A DNA stretch of 64,000 nt, taken from Candidatus Thorarchaeota archaeon. Lineage in GTDB: Archaea > Asgardarchaeota > Thorarchaeia > Thorarchaeales > Thorarchaeaceae. Both the position numbers and the translations under genes were made by a program. Below, in pieces: positions 18,514 to 28,652 of the stretch. The stretch's first letter is position 1. Each line of letters starts with the position of its first letter. Location of the stretch: positions 64,001 to 128,000 of the forward strand of contig JBHLRZ010000002.1 in the NCBI GenBank assembly GCA_048882045.1. The letters are read 5' to 3'. The notes beneath the pieces are model-generated. The model saw only the letters and a program-made list of their open reading frames with translations. It made no database searches and was not told the DNA's origin.

Positions 18514-20532
18514 ATGAGTTTTGAAGGTGTAATCATTGTAGGATTTGATATACTACCTTCTCATAGTGCAAGTTCAAAGAAAGCTCCCAAGTTTGCTTGT
18601 GTTGTTACACGAGATGAGGTTGTTCTGAACGAATATCATGAGATATCCAGAGGAGCTCTTCTAAAATTGGTAAGAGATATTGCACCGAAGTGGCTCTGTA
18701 CTGACAACATCTTTGAGATAGTTCCTGATACAAAGTCACTCTTTCACTTGGTAGATAGAATACCCTCAGAAACCAGAATTGTTCAGGTCACTGGAGTCCC
18801 ACCTCGACAGACACCTCTCAAAATTCTAGCAAAACGACATGGACTACCAGCACGTGGTAAGCCGACCCCCTTGGAATCAGCCCGTATTGCAGCCCAGTTG
18901 GCCGCAAGAGGTGTTGGATATACACTAGAATGTTTTAGCGAACAGACTGAGATCAAGGTGACCAGGGGTCGTAAACCCGGACGTGGTGGACAGAGCGCAA
19001 ATAGATTCAGACGAAGAGTCCACTCACAAATACAACAGATGACTCGATTCATTGAGTCCGAAATAAAGACAGCAGGAATCGACTATGATATCGATGTCCG
19101 AGAATCTGATTTTGGTTATGCAAGCGCAAGACTGGTCACCTACGCTCCACTTCCGACTATAAGCAAGATAATCAAGGCAAAACGTGGAGGCGACTTCAAT
19201 ATACTCGTTTCTCCAGTAAGAAAGAGAGTAGAATTTGTACCCCTCGAACCACGACAGGTAACTCATCTCAAACCAAAGTACTTCATTCTTGGTATCGACC
19301 CTGGAACCACAGCTGCTTATTGCTTACTATCTCTAGATGGTCATGTTCGCGCTGTTAGAAGTAGGAAAGGCCTGACCCGGGCAGATATGATTCGTGAAGT
19401 CTACGAAACTGGTATTCCAGCTATTGTCGCTTCGGATGTCCCACAGGTGCCTCATTTTGTAGAAAAGTTCGCTAGTACTGTGAACGCTCCTGTTTTCACA
19501 CCCAAGAAACCAATAGCCGTCGCAGATAAACAAGAGCTTGCAAGAGAATATGGTACTGAAAAGAGGATACGTAATGCCCATGAACGGGATGCATTGACTG
19601 CCGCTGTCTATGCCTACAGGTCCCTTCATCCAAAGCTCGAGCAGATTGACAGAATCATCCATGAGCAGCAGATTTCTGTGGACCGGAACTATCTCAAGGC
19701 ATTAGTGATTAAGGGCTCCTCAATCAACGAGGCAATAGCACAAATTGAACATGAGTCTGCTGAAGTCATAGAAACAGTTCCTGAACAACTCCCCATAAAG
19801 GAGGAACCGCTGACACAGGAGCGATTTGATGCGCTCCAGGCAAAGATTGACCATATAGAATCCGAAAACAGAATTCTTCTTGACAAGATAGAAGACCTGC
19901 AGAGGTATGTAGAATATCTGAAGTTCAGAGAGAGTGAACTATCTGACAACCTTGAGATTGTAAGTGATGAGAATTATTGGAAAATCAAGCGTGACCGTGA
20001 AATTTCAAGAGACCAATCTGCATTGGTGAACTCCAAACAAGAAGCCGCCTCACTGAGGAAAGATGTTAAGGAACTAGAGAAGCGTCTTGAACTTCTAAAA
20101 GGAGTAAAGCGGCTTGAGATTCGAGGCGACATGCTCGCAGTAAAGGTCATCCCCCAGTTTACTAGAGAGAGTATTGAAGAGTATGCTAAGAAGGTTGGTC
20201 TCAAGAGTCACGATATAGTCCTTTTTGAGGATGCATCCGGTGGAGGTCCACAAACAGCTGGTATTCTCATTGATCATGAGATTCGAGCAGTCGTTGTAGA
20301 TACACCTCTTTCACATCTTCCTCAAGATGAACTAATCAAAGCAATGATTCCTGTGATTGATGCAGAAGAGGTCGATCTTCAACGTGTTGATGAATTTGCG
20401 TTCATAAGCAGAGGAAAATTCGAACAACAGCTCCAGACCTTCATCAAGTCTGTACGTGAACAAGCGCGACAGAAAGGTGAAGCAAAACTGGTTGAACTCA
20501 TCGAACGTTATCGACGTGAAATCGAGCGATGA
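18514..20532 (+). CDS. DUF460 family protein (RNase H-like fold plus coiled coil)
   Basis: IVGFDI, RGRKPGRGGQSANRFRR, GIDPGTT, HERDALTAA, long coiled coil. Confidence 0.88.
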   Translation: MSFEGVIIVGFDILPSHSASSKKAPKFACVVTRDEVVLNEYHEISRGALLKLVRDIAPKWLCTDNIFEIVPDTKSLFHLVDRIPSETRIVQVTGVPPRQTPLKILAKRHGLPARGKPTPLESARIAAQLAARGVGYTLECFSEQTEIKVTRGRKPGRGGQSANRFRRRVHSQIQQMTRFIESEIKTAGIDYDIDVRESDFGYASARLVTYAPLPTISKIIKAKRGGDFNILVSPVRKRVEFVPLEPRQVTHLKPKYFILGIDPGTTAAYCLLSLDGHVRAVRSRKGLTRADMIREVYETGIPAIVASDVPQVPHFVEKFASTVNAPVFTPKKPIAVADKQELAREYGTEKRIRNAHERDALTAAVYAYRSLHPKLEQIDRIIHEQQISVDRNYLKALVIKGSSINEAIAQIEHESAEVIETVPEQLPIKEEPLTQERFDALQAKIDHIESENRILLDKIEDLQRYVEYLKFRESELSDNLEIVSDENYWKIKRDREISRDQSALVNSKQEAASLRKDVKELEKRLELLKGVKRLEIRGDMLAVKVIPQFTRESIEEYAKKVGLKSHDIVLFEDASGGGPQTAGILIDHEIRAVVVDTPLSHLPQDELIKAMIPVIDAEEVDLQRVDEFAFISRGKFEQQLQTFIKSVREQARQKGEAKLVELIERYRREIER

Positions 20533-20533
20533 C

Positions 20534-20764
20534 TCATTCAGGTATTTGAATCCAAAGAATATTGTTGCCTCTCACGAGAACCTGACCATACTTGGCTTTG
20601 GTGTTGTCTTCCTCAAGTTCCTCTGCATCGGCAAGCGTGAGGTTCATGTACATATCACACCGCGTCAGACGACCACGAAAGATTCTCTGATCCTTCAACT
20701 TGACTGACACAATATCATTGAGCTGTTGCTCGAGAGCTTTGATTGGCATCTTCTCTGGCACCAC
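20534..20764 (-). CDS. Sm/Lsm protein (SmAP)
   Basis: Sm1 'VKLKDQRIFRGRLTRCDMYMNLTL', Sm2 'GQVLVRGNNI'. Confidence 0.95.
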   Translation of the reverse strand: MVPEKMPIKALEQQLNDIVSVKLKDQRIFRGRLTRCDMYMNLTLADAEELEEDNTKAKYGQVLVRGNNILWIQIPE

Positions 20765-20902
20765 AGGATACCTCTCGACAGTGGCCCCTAGAGTCCATTA
20801 TAAAGCCTTTGCTCCATGATTATGTCTTTGGTCGAAGCGTAAGAGTCAACAGACAATGTGCCTCAAAAGGTAGTCAGTACAAAGCATTCAGGAAATTCAA
20901 TT

Positions 20903-21898
20903 ATGACAAAGATATGTCTTGGACTTGAAGGAACCGCTCACTCATTTGGAGCCGGTGTCGTGACTAGTGAGGGAAAAGTCCTTTCTAACGAATGGGACAT
21001 GCTCAAACCAGATCAGGGAGGTATCCATCCACGTGAGGCAAGCAGGCATCATTCGGAGCTTGGTCCAAAGATAATCAAAAAGGCTATCCATAAAGCCGGA
21101 ATAGGATTTCAAGACATTGATTTCATAGCCTTCTCGAGGGGGCCTGGACTGGGTCCATGTCTGAGAACTACTGCGACAATTGCCCGTACAATCTCTCTCA
21201 AACTTGGTATTCCTCTCGTTGACGTCAATCATTGTGTTGCACACATTGAGATAGGTTGTCTTGAATCAGGATTCAAGGATCCCGTAACTGTATATTTGTC
21301 AGGAGGAAACACTCAGATAATTGCTTTTGCAGGAGGGAGATTTAGGACCTTTGGAGAAACCCTTGATATTGCAATTGGCAATATGTTGGATGTCCTTGGT
21401 CGTGACCTAGGCATGGGATTTCCAGCTGGTCCTGTTATTGAAACTAAGGCGAAAGAAGGAGGAACCTACTACAATCTGCCTTATTCAGTCAAAGGAATGG
21501 ATCTCAGTTATTCTGGAATACTCACTGCTGCACGGCGACTTCATTCTGAGGGTGTTCCCACTCAAGATATCTGTTTCAGTGTTCAAGAAACCGCCTTCGG
21601 CATGATAGCAGAAATTGCAGAACGTGCTCTTGCGCATACAAAAAAGAGAGAAATTCTTCTGACTGGTGGGGTCGCTCGTAATAACCGGATGACTGAGATT
21701 CTTGCTGGAGTCGCTGAACGACACGAATCACAATTTCATCGAGTTTCCCCATCCCTCGCTGGTGATCAAGGAGCTATGATTGCTTGGAATGGTATCCTTC
21801 AGTTCAATGCAGGTTGTCAGATAAAAATTGAAGAATCCCATGTTCTGCCCAAGTGGAGAACTGATGATCAAGATGTCATCTGGAGGGAGTCTTCGTGA
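20903..21898 (+). CDS. kae1: KEOPS Kae1 (t6A synthase)
   Basis: LGLEGTAH, GGIHPREA, HCVAHIE, SGGNTQ, GETLDIA. Confidence 0.97.
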   Translation: MTKICLGLEGTAHSFGAGVVTSEGKVLSNEWDMLKPDQGGIHPREASRHHSELGPKIIKKAIHKAGIGFQDIDFIAFSRGPGLGPCLRTTATIARTISLKLGIPLVDVNHCVAHIEIGCLESGFKDPVTVYLSGGNTQIIAFAGGRFRTFGETLDIAIGNMLDVLGRDLGMGFPAGPVIETKAKEGGTYYNLPYSVKGMDLSYSGILTAARRLHSEGVPTQDICFSVQETAFGMIAEIAERALAHTKKREILLTGGVARNNRMTEILAGVAERHESQFHRVSPSLAGDQGAMIAWNGILQFNAGCQIKIEESHVLPKWRTDDQDVIWRESS

Positions 21899-22521
21899 AA
21901 CAGATGTTAGCCCGAGGAGCGGAGTCTATCATCTTCAAGATAGAACGATGGGGTCATACCTATGCGTTGAAGTGGAGACAAAGTAAACCCTATCTCTTGA
22001 GTGATATAGACACTCAACTCAGGAGAACTCGGATTAACAGAGAGTGCAAGATGTTGACAATATCCAGAACTCTTGGAGTACGTACTCCTGCAGTCTATTC
22101 GGTGGATTTACACAATTACACAATAATGATGGACTTCATTGAAGGAACACAGTTCAAAGAGATTGCCAATCAAGTACCAAAACAAAAGCTCGTTCATTTC
22201 AGTCGTGAATTTGGTCGTCTCATAGCATATCTCCATTATGGAAATGTTGTCCATGGGGACCCAACCACGAGTAATGTCATTATAGACCAAAGTAATAAGC
22301 TGTGGCTGGTTGACTTCGGACTTTCTGAGATGAATGCTACAACCGAAACAAAAGGAGTCGATCTACATCTCATCCAGAGGGCATTAGAAACGACACACTG
22401 GGATCTCCAAGAAACCATGCTCGAAGCGACACTTGAAGGCTATTCTGAGGTCTGTGGTAGTGAAGCTGAACCAGTACTTTCAAGAATGAAGGAAATAAGG
22501 GAACGAGGAAGATATCTCTGA
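21895..22521 (+). CDS. bud32: KEOPS Bud32 kinase
   Basis: RGAES, HGDPTTSN, VDFGLS, RGRY C-terminus. Confidence 0.96.
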   Translation: MKQMLARGAESIIFKIERWGHTYALKWRQSKPYLLSDIDTQLRRTRINRECKMLTISRTLGVRTPAVYSVDLHNYTIMMDFIEGTQFKEIANQVPKQKLVHFSREFGRLIAYLHYGNVVHGDPTTSNVIIDQSNKLWLVDFGLSEMNATTETKGVDLHLIQRALETTHWDLQETMLEATLEGYSEVCGSEAEPVLSRMKEIRERGRYL

Positions 22522-22619
22522 GAGTGGACTCGCCACAAGGCAATCTTTATATCCACAGCCTTAGGCCATGGGGCAGACCCGGTTTTTGAGGGTACAATTT
22601 GGACTTAGAGGTAGTCCCA

Positions 22620-23081
22620 ATGGCAAGAATGCATACTAGGCGCAAGGGCCAATCTGGAAGTAAACGTCCCTCCACACTTAGAATTCCTGATTGGATGGAG
22701 AAGGACAAAGACGCTCAGTGGGTAGAAGCCCAGGTTGTCGAACTTGCCAAAGCTGGAAACACTCCCTCTATGATTGGAAAGATACTCAGAGACCAATATG
22801 GCATTCCACTTGTCAGAGTGATTACCAATAAGCGAGTAATGGACATTCTACGTGAGAACGACCTTGAACGAAGAGTACCAGAGGACCTCCGAAATATGAT
22901 TGCAAAAGCTGTGACAATTCGGAAACATCTTGAAGAAAACAAGAAAGATTTTGTTTCAAAACGAGGACTCCAGCTTGTTGAGAGCAAGATTCATCGACTT
23001 TCCAAGTATTATCGTAAAAAGAAAGTACTCCCTGCTGATTGGAAGTACAGTCCCGATCAAGCAGCCGTCCTTTTGAGATAG
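22620..23081 (+). CDS. rps15: Ribosomal protein uS15 (S15P/S13e)
   Basis: MARMHTRRKGQSGS...PEDL...ESKIHRL. Confidence 0.98.
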   Translation: MARMHTRRKGQSGSKRPSTLRIPDWMEKDKDAQWVEAQVVELAKAGNTPSMIGKILRDQYGIPLVRVITNKRVMDILRENDLERRVPEDLRNMIAKAVTIRKHLEENKKDFVSKRGLQLVESKIHRLSKYYRKKKVLPADWKYSPDQAAVLLR

Positions 23082-23102
23082 TTTTATCATCAGCCTATTG
23101 AC

Positions 23103-24461
23103 TTGATTCACCAAATGAGCAAGAAATCAGGCAAGTCTCCATCCTTAAGAGCATTAAAGACTCAATGTGGCGAAATCTCGTTCAAGAGCGATGACCACCT
23201 ACTATTAGTATCATCACCTACACCCGAATCCACGCTAGCCACAGCCCTGATTTGTAGAGCGGCGATGAGGGTTGAAGGATCATTTCATGTTTCATTTGAA
23301 GAACCCATTATGAGTATAGAATCAGTAAACAACTACAGGGCACAGTATGAATCTTCAACCCTTGTCTTAGTTGGTCTTGAAATCGTAGGAAAAAAGAAAC
23401 TCAGAAAGGGAAAGGGCTATCCCATATTCGTGGGTGGTTCTTCTGAGTCTGAACAGGTCACATCTCTCACCATCGGAAATTCTCACACCGTTTCAGCCTC
23501 AGCATATGCCCTTTCAGATGAGCAATTCACAACAGGTGATTATGAACTCCAAATGGCGACAGCAGCTTCATTGATTTATGATACATCACCGATTTCCCCA
23601 AAAACAACGAGTTCGGCTAACAGGACAATCCTCAAACTGGCTGAGAAAAATAATCTAGTGGAGGAACGTGCTGGAATACGACTCTTTGGATTGAATTTTC
23701 TACCAATCGACGAAGTCTTAGTCTTCAGTACTCGACCATACATTGAAGGAATCAGTGGGAATCAGAAATCCTGTGACGCATTCCTTAGTGCGGCTGATGT
23801 CCCTATCACAAAATTACGGGACCCATTGACTTCACTCAACAGTCGTGAGATTCAACAATTCTCACAGCATCTGACGTCACGTCTATTGGAAAAAATGGCA
23901 CCCGACAAAATTCCATTTGGCACAGACTATATTCTCAATCTCGAGAATGAAAATAGTCCATTGCGATATCTATCAGGTCTAGAATCTATCGCTGATACGT
24001 TTTGGGCGCGTCAAGAGCTGGGTGCAGTGATGAGCATCTGGATTGGAGATCGTGGAAGATCATTACGTACTGTAATTGACAATCATCTGAGCCACAACAG
24101 AGATGTCATATCAGCTGTTCACAGACTTGCATCAAAGATGAAAGGCGCATCAAGTGAAGTTAGCACCTCGATTGAGCTTGCTGGAGTCCGAGCTGAACTT
24201 CTAACAGATATAGGTCGAGTGGCTCTTCAGAGTGAGATTGCGAATCCAGAAAGACCTTTGATTATTTACAATGAGGAATCTAGCATCATCATTTGGACCT
24301 ATACAAATGTCAACGTTAATCACATTCTTCCAGTTTTAATTGAACAAGATATGCAACCTCTCACAACCTCCAACCAATCAGTCATGTTGAGAGGTACGAG
24401 CCCTGAGTCTGTTACTGAAACCCTCAAACTTGTTAAGTCTCTAAGTGAGAAAAAGAGGTGA
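23103..24461 (+). CDS. GAN/Cdc45 orthologue with degenerate DHH nuclease motifs
   Basis: Conserved rps15-GAN-pcc1 position; 'RLFG...L...TRPYIEGISG' insertion-domain similarity; no DxD or DHH motif. Confidence 0.7.
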   Translation: MIHQMSKKSGKSPSLRALKTQCGEISFKSDDHLLLVSSPTPESTLATALICRAAMRVEGSFHVSFEEPIMSIESVNNYRAQYESSTLVLVGLEIVGKKKLRKGKGYPIFVGGSSESEQVTSLTIGNSHTVSASAYALSDEQFTTGDYELQMATAASLIYDTSPISPKTTSSANRTILKLAEKNNLVEERAGIRLFGLNFLPIDEVLVFSTRPYIEGISGNQKSCDAFLSAADVPITKLRDPLTSLNSREIQQFSQHLTSRLLEKMAPDKIPFGTDYILNLENENSPLRYLSGLESIADTFWARQELGAVMSIWIGDRGRSLRTVIDNHLSHNRDVISAVHRLASKMKGASSEVSTSIELAGVRAELLTDIGRVALQSEIANPERPLIIYNEESSIIIWTYTNVNVNHILPVLIEQDMQPLTTSNQSVMLRGTSPESVTETLKLVKSLSEKKR

Positions 24462-24465
24462 TTTG

Positions 24466-24711
24466 ATGTTTGCACAAATTGTACTAGATTTCGAGTCTGA
24501 AGCCATAGCAGAAAGAATGCTCTCCACCATAACTCCTGATAACACTCCACTACCATCTGGCCTAGAAATCGAATGTACAGTCCAAAACAAATCACTGTCC
24601 ATTGAAATCCACTCAAAACGTAGCTTAGAAAGCCTTGGTTCAACACTAGAAGACATAATGAGTGCAATCGATCTCTCAATGAGAACATCGGATACTTTGG
24701 AGATGCAATAA
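24466..24711 (+). CDS. pcc1: KEOPS Pcc1 subunit
   Basis: About 81 aa, 'TITPDN', 'SLGSTLEDIM'; GAGGTG SD; synteny. Confidence 0.85.
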   Translation: MFAQIVLDFESEAIAERMLSTITPDNTPLPSGLEIECTVQNKSLSIEIHSKRSLESLGSTLEDIMSAIDLSMRTSDTLEMQ

Positions 24712-24713
24712 TT

Positions 24714-26165
24714 CTACTCCATAGATGAAGCAAGTTCATCGCATATGGACTGAGCCTTGGACCGAGATTCTTCTGCCATTTCCTTCGTGATGAACCCTCT
24801 TTGGACTGCACGTTTCAGAAGATGTTGATCAATGATTCTAGGTTCCTCATTTATTGGTGCCTTGACCACATCAATTTCTAGATCTATGTATCGAATCTTG
24901 CCTGGACTGTTTCCATTGCTTGGATACACTTCTACACCAGTATTGATATTCACATATTTACCCTTGATTTCTCCATCACGTGTGTAGTAATTGGTTTCAA
25001 GCGTGAGCTCACCAGGAATGACCTGAGTCAAAGCATAGTCGCCCTCATCACCAATGACATCTACACTCTCATCAGGATCTTGGGTCAGTTTGAGCTTCCT
25101 GTTTGTATGTCTGAATTGTCTTCTGATGACGAATCCTTTTGCGTTAATCTCTGTTATGCGTCCTCTCGAAAGCACAATATTTCTACCATCAAGTTTGACA
25201 TGCTCAATGTTTATCGATTCATCAAGACGCGGTAGGTCTCGTGAAACTATCTTATCCAGTTTGGATGTGATATAGCTGCGTTCTTCTGGCCGTTCCTCGA
25301 TAATCATCTCAGCCAAGTCAACGAGTGAAGAATAACCTGCACTCTTGTAGAAATGATGTCGTCTTATTGTAGGTTTGATTTTTGCTCTAGTATTGTCAAG
25401 TGCATCTTTGACTTCTAGTGGGAACTCGATGTCTGCGTTGCTGGTCCCTTCGAACAGAATACCCGCGGTGTCCAATTCGTTGTATTTGTTATACACAGCC
25501 TGTGCAGTATCAAGAAGATCATCAACCTCATTACGAAGCTCCTCTTCCGTGAGTTTCTCAGCAGCTGTCCTCCACAGAATTCCCCAATTCTCCGTGTGCT
25601 CACGTATCTTTCGTCCAAGGACTAGCAATTCGCTTCTCGAGTCTGGATCCTTGATCTTCGTACTCAACCGAACAACAGGTTCTGGCAACAAGACTGCTGC
25701 TTGTCCAGGAATGGTTATACTTGAAGATAAAACAGGTGCCTTTCTCCCATAATCATGAGCCCTAATCTGGACCATTATCTGTTGGCCTTTTTGAAATCCT
25801 CTATCAGGAAGAAGTCCTGATATTGCACCCAAATCAACCTTGGTCTGACCCGTCCTCTCATCTCGTCCAAGAATTACACCCCGATAAACAGAACTTTTTG
25901 CAACCCTTGGTGTTCTTGTAATGACACCTCCCAGACGTCTTCTTAACACATCAGTGAGTCGGACTAGGACCGATTCATATGCAATCGCGACTATTCCTTG
26001 AAGATCGCTACGATCCCAAATATCCACATCAGGAATATCACTCCGATAAGGAAGACCAAACCTTCTTGCCACTTCTGGCGTAGGTTGAACCACGTCAAAA
26101 TGGTTCTGCAGCATTATCTGCGTCAACGATTGCGAATAGATTCCTCTTATCCTTGCCTTCATCAT
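24714..26165 (-). CDS. fau-1: FAU-1 AU-rich RNA-binding protein / RNase (RNase E/G-like plus DUF402)
   Basis: RIRGIYS, WGILWRTAA, HHFYK, YVNINT, YIDLEIDVV. Confidence 0.9.
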   Translation of the reverse strand: MMKARIRGIYSQSLTQIMLQNHFDVVQPTPEVARRFGLPYRSDIPDVDIWDRSDLQGIVAIAYESVLVRLTDVLRRRLGGVITRTPRVAKSSVYRGVILGRDERTGQTKVDLGAISGLLPDRGFQKGQQIMVQIRAHDYGRKAPVLSSSITIPGQAAVLLPEPVVRLSTKIKDPDSRSELLVLGRKIREHTENWGILWRTAAEKLTEEELRNEVDDLLDTAQAVYNKYNELDTAGILFEGTSNADIEFPLEVKDALDNTRAKIKPTIRRHHFYKSAGYSSLVDLAEMIIEERPEERSYITSKLDKIVSRDLPRLDESINIEHVKLDGRNIVLSRGRITEINAKGFVIRRQFRHTNRKLKLTQDPDESVDVIGDEGDYALTQVIPGELTLETNYYTRDGEIKGKYVNINTGVEVYPSNGNSPGKIRYIDLEIDVVKAPINEEPRIIDQHLLKRAVQRGFITKEMAEESRSKAQSICDELASSME

Positions 26166-26255
26166 GAGCAAACACTGGCCTGGGCCATAGGTGCTAGTCC
26201 TCCACTCTAGAGAGCGTTGGCTGGCTGTACGACAGGTAGTAATACCCAAACAGAG

Positions 26256-26519
26256 CTAGTCACGTATTGGTTCCAGCAAGCTGGACACGTGCCAAATCTT
26301 TGTCCGAGCATGATTCGGACAGTTTGGATCCTGACTAGGTTCATCCAACATCGAAATCGCGTTCTGAGCTCTCACAGCTGGAGAGTCTGCTTCGTTCTCA
26401 AGAACAGCAATTGCTTCATTGGCAGCACGCCTTATGTTCCTAGGAACTGAGGAATCCTCCGAAATCTGTTTTAGGAGGTGTTTAGACTGGTCTATGCTCT
26501 TCTGTGTTTCGGGGTCCAA
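26256..26519 (-). CDS. UPF0147 family protein
   Basis: EDSSVPRNIRRAA, QDPNCPNHARTKIW; TTG start after GAGGTG. Confidence 0.9.
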   Translation of the reverse strand: MDPETQKSIDQSKHLLKQISEDSSVPRNIRRAANEAIAVLENEADSPAVRAQNAISMLDEPSQDPNCPNHARTKIWHVSSLLEPIRD

Positions 26520-26598
26520 AGGACTCACCTCTGAATGGTCTTGACGCACAAACGGAGTGCGAACAACATCTACGCTCTCAGCGAGTTAGCCATATCAA

Positions 26599-26611
26599 CG
26601 TTTTCATCAGA
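26599..26611. repeat. 13-bp direct repeat copy 1 (CGTTTTCATCAGA)
   Basis: Identical to 27361-27373. Confidence 0.8.
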
Positions 26612-26669
26612 ACGATTTTTTATTAGACTGAAACAATAGGATATTGGATTTACTCGTGGAGGTTCATGG

Positions 26670-27317
26670 TTGCAAAGAAGATACAACAATAGGCTTGTGA
26701 TTGTTGGAATCATTTCTCTAATTGTTGGTCTGAACTTGATGATCTTTCATGAATCACTGAGATTCCAATACTTAGTACCTGAACAGGATACTATTCTCAT
26801 AGGTGAAGACAGATGGAATCAGGGACCATATTACCCAGTAACACTAAAGGTCAATTCGTCCTTTCCCAACGCTTCAATATTCATACCTCACAATCATGCT
26901 TTGGAGATTCCCCACTTCAATATCACACAGGGACCTGTGACGATAAGAGTTAATTCCATGTTCTGGGCGGGAGCTACGATTATCACAGGTACAGATCGAT
27001 ACATAGATGGAGCTTCAGGAGACTTGGTTCTAGGTATCCCTCCTCCAGAGAGATCACCAAGTGCGCAGCAATATAATCGCAATACAACCATAACTGTGTA
27101 TTTTGAAGGACAGAATTCGATAGTGCGGTTCACATATTCTGTCTGGAATGTATATTTGTACGAATACACAATGGTGACGAACTGGACTACTACTGTCACT
27201 GCTAATATCTTCGGTGTGGAGATAGCCAACCTAGTTGGAGGAGGGATGACTGCGTGCGGGATACTGGCAGTCGTACTAATACTAGAATCAAGGAGAATTA
27301 CAATTATAGATGAATGA
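26670..27317 (+). CDS. Hypothetical membrane protein (N- and C-terminal TM helices, extracellular beta-rich region with N-x-S/T sequons)
   Basis: Hydrophobic termini; NSS, NAS, NIT, NTT, NWT sequons; GGAGG SD. Confidence 0.7.
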   Translation: MQRRYNNRLVIVGIISLIVGLNLMIFHESLRFQYLVPEQDTILIGEDRWNQGPYYPVTLKVNSSFPNASIFIPHNHALEIPHFNITQGPVTIRVNSMFWAGATIITGTDRYIDGASGDLVLGIPPPERSPSAQQYNRNTTITVYFEGQNSIVRFTYSVWNVYLYEYTMVTNWTTTVTANIFGVEIANLVGGGMTACGILAVVLILESRRITIIDE

Positions 27318-27360
27318 AAATTGCTAAGAAAGCATGGTCTTATTAAAAACTGAGTTAAGT

Positions 27361-27373
27361 CGTTTTCATCAGA
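27361..27373. repeat. 13-bp direct repeat copy 2
   Basis: Identical to 26599-26611. Confidence 0.8.
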
Positions 27374-27472
27374 CCTATCGAGTTAACACGGTTTTTATTC
27401 TCATTCCAATTCCTCCCTAGTAATGCAGCTTATCTTATATCAGAATGCAACAAAATCACTCGAGTGCTAACT

Positions 27473-27826
27473 ATGGATGAGAAAGATGATTCCTCGGTCA
27501 GAAAGATGGCTGAACTCTTACGCCAAGGAGCAACCATGCTTGCTGATGCGTGTCCACAGTGTGGGTCTCCTCTTTTCAAGGTAAAAGATGACATCTATTG
27601 TGCAAAGTGTGATAGAAGGATAGTATATGCACAGTCAGATGAGGAGGCCGTGTCTCATGCAGTACAAAATCTGATTCCAGAACTACGGGAAACATTGATT
27701 ATTAAACTGAAGGCGCTTACTGAAATTGTAAGTGCTGAAACTGATACCGAAGCTCTTACAAAGCTAGCTAATTTAATGGTCCTTTTGCTACAAGCCTTAC
27801 ACAAGCTTGAGAACATGAACCAATAG
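27473..27826 (+). CDS. UPF0148 / SSSCA1-like zinc-ribbon protein
   Basis: MAELLRQGATMLADACPQCGSPLF...YCAKC. Confidence 0.9.
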   Translation: MDEKDDSSVRKMAELLRQGATMLADACPQCGSPLFKVKDDIYCAKCDRRIVYAQSDEEAVSHAVQNLIPELRETLIIKLKALTEIVSAETDTEALTKLANLMVLLLQALHKLENMNQ

Positions 27827-27827
27827 G

Positions 27828-28481
27828 CTAGTCTTCTTTTTCTGCAGATGTCCCTCTCCTGAGCCGAGACCTTCGAATCTTGACCTCTTCTGGTCCTTTG
27901 AGCACCTTACTCTTGCGAATTTCACAATCACGGATTGGCATGATCTGTTTCACTTCTTTGTGAACGTCACCAGCCAAATCACCAAGAATTACCTTGGTAA
28001 CCAACTCATCGAATGTATGCTTCTTTGCATGCTTCCTGATTATTTTCTCAATACCCTTTCTGACAGCATGCTCTTGACTGGACTTTGAACGAGTGTGAGT
28101 GAAAACGATGACTGAGATACGCATTAGATAGTCGTCCTTCGTGAGAATTGGTCCTATCCAGTCTATTCTAGAAGTTCCTCTCCTGACAAGCCCTCTGAGG
28201 TAGTCAGAACTCCATTCATGTCCGTAAAATACAGTCTTAGCTTGGTTTCCAGTCACTTCCAGTACCTTGAATTTTAGCTTGACGTGAATTTTGTCGAAGT
28301 CACCAGTCAAGTCATAAAGTGTGGGCTGCACAGTCCTGCCAATCAACGCCTCGGGACTGCCGGCCGGCGTAGTACCTATCTCTTTGTTATCGAAATAGTC
28401 TGGAGCAAGAATCTGATACCAAACCTTCTCTCGCCACTTGTCCTTGGTCCTTGCCGCTGCTTGTTTACTTTTTGATGACAT
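27828..28481 (-). CDS. rps3ae: Ribosomal protein eS1 (S3Ae)
   Basis: KDKWREKVWY, DYLRGLVRRGTSRID, EIRKSKVL; start trimmed to MSSKSK. Confidence 0.97.
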   Translation of the reverse strand: MSSKSKQAAARTKDKWREKVWYQILAPDYFDNKEIGTTPAGSPEALIGRTVQPTLYDLTGDFDKIHVKLKFKVLEVTGNQAKTVFYGHEWSSDYLRGLVRRGTSRIDWIGPILTKDDYLMRISVIVFTHTRSKSSQEHAVRKGIEKIIRKHAKKHTFDELVTKVILGDLAGDVHKEVKQIMPIRDCEIRKSKVLKGPEEVKIRRSRLRRGTSAEKED

Positions 28482-28652
28482 CTGAGTATCACACTCACGC
28501 TGGATACTGGAAATCCAGAGAATCATGAACTGCTCTATGGCTGTTGACCACAGAAACGCGCCGACATCTAATGAGTCGAATAAAAACATTGTGACGTAGC
28601 CCGATACAACCAACATAACTAGATATGACAATCGTTCTCCAAGGAGGCCGAG

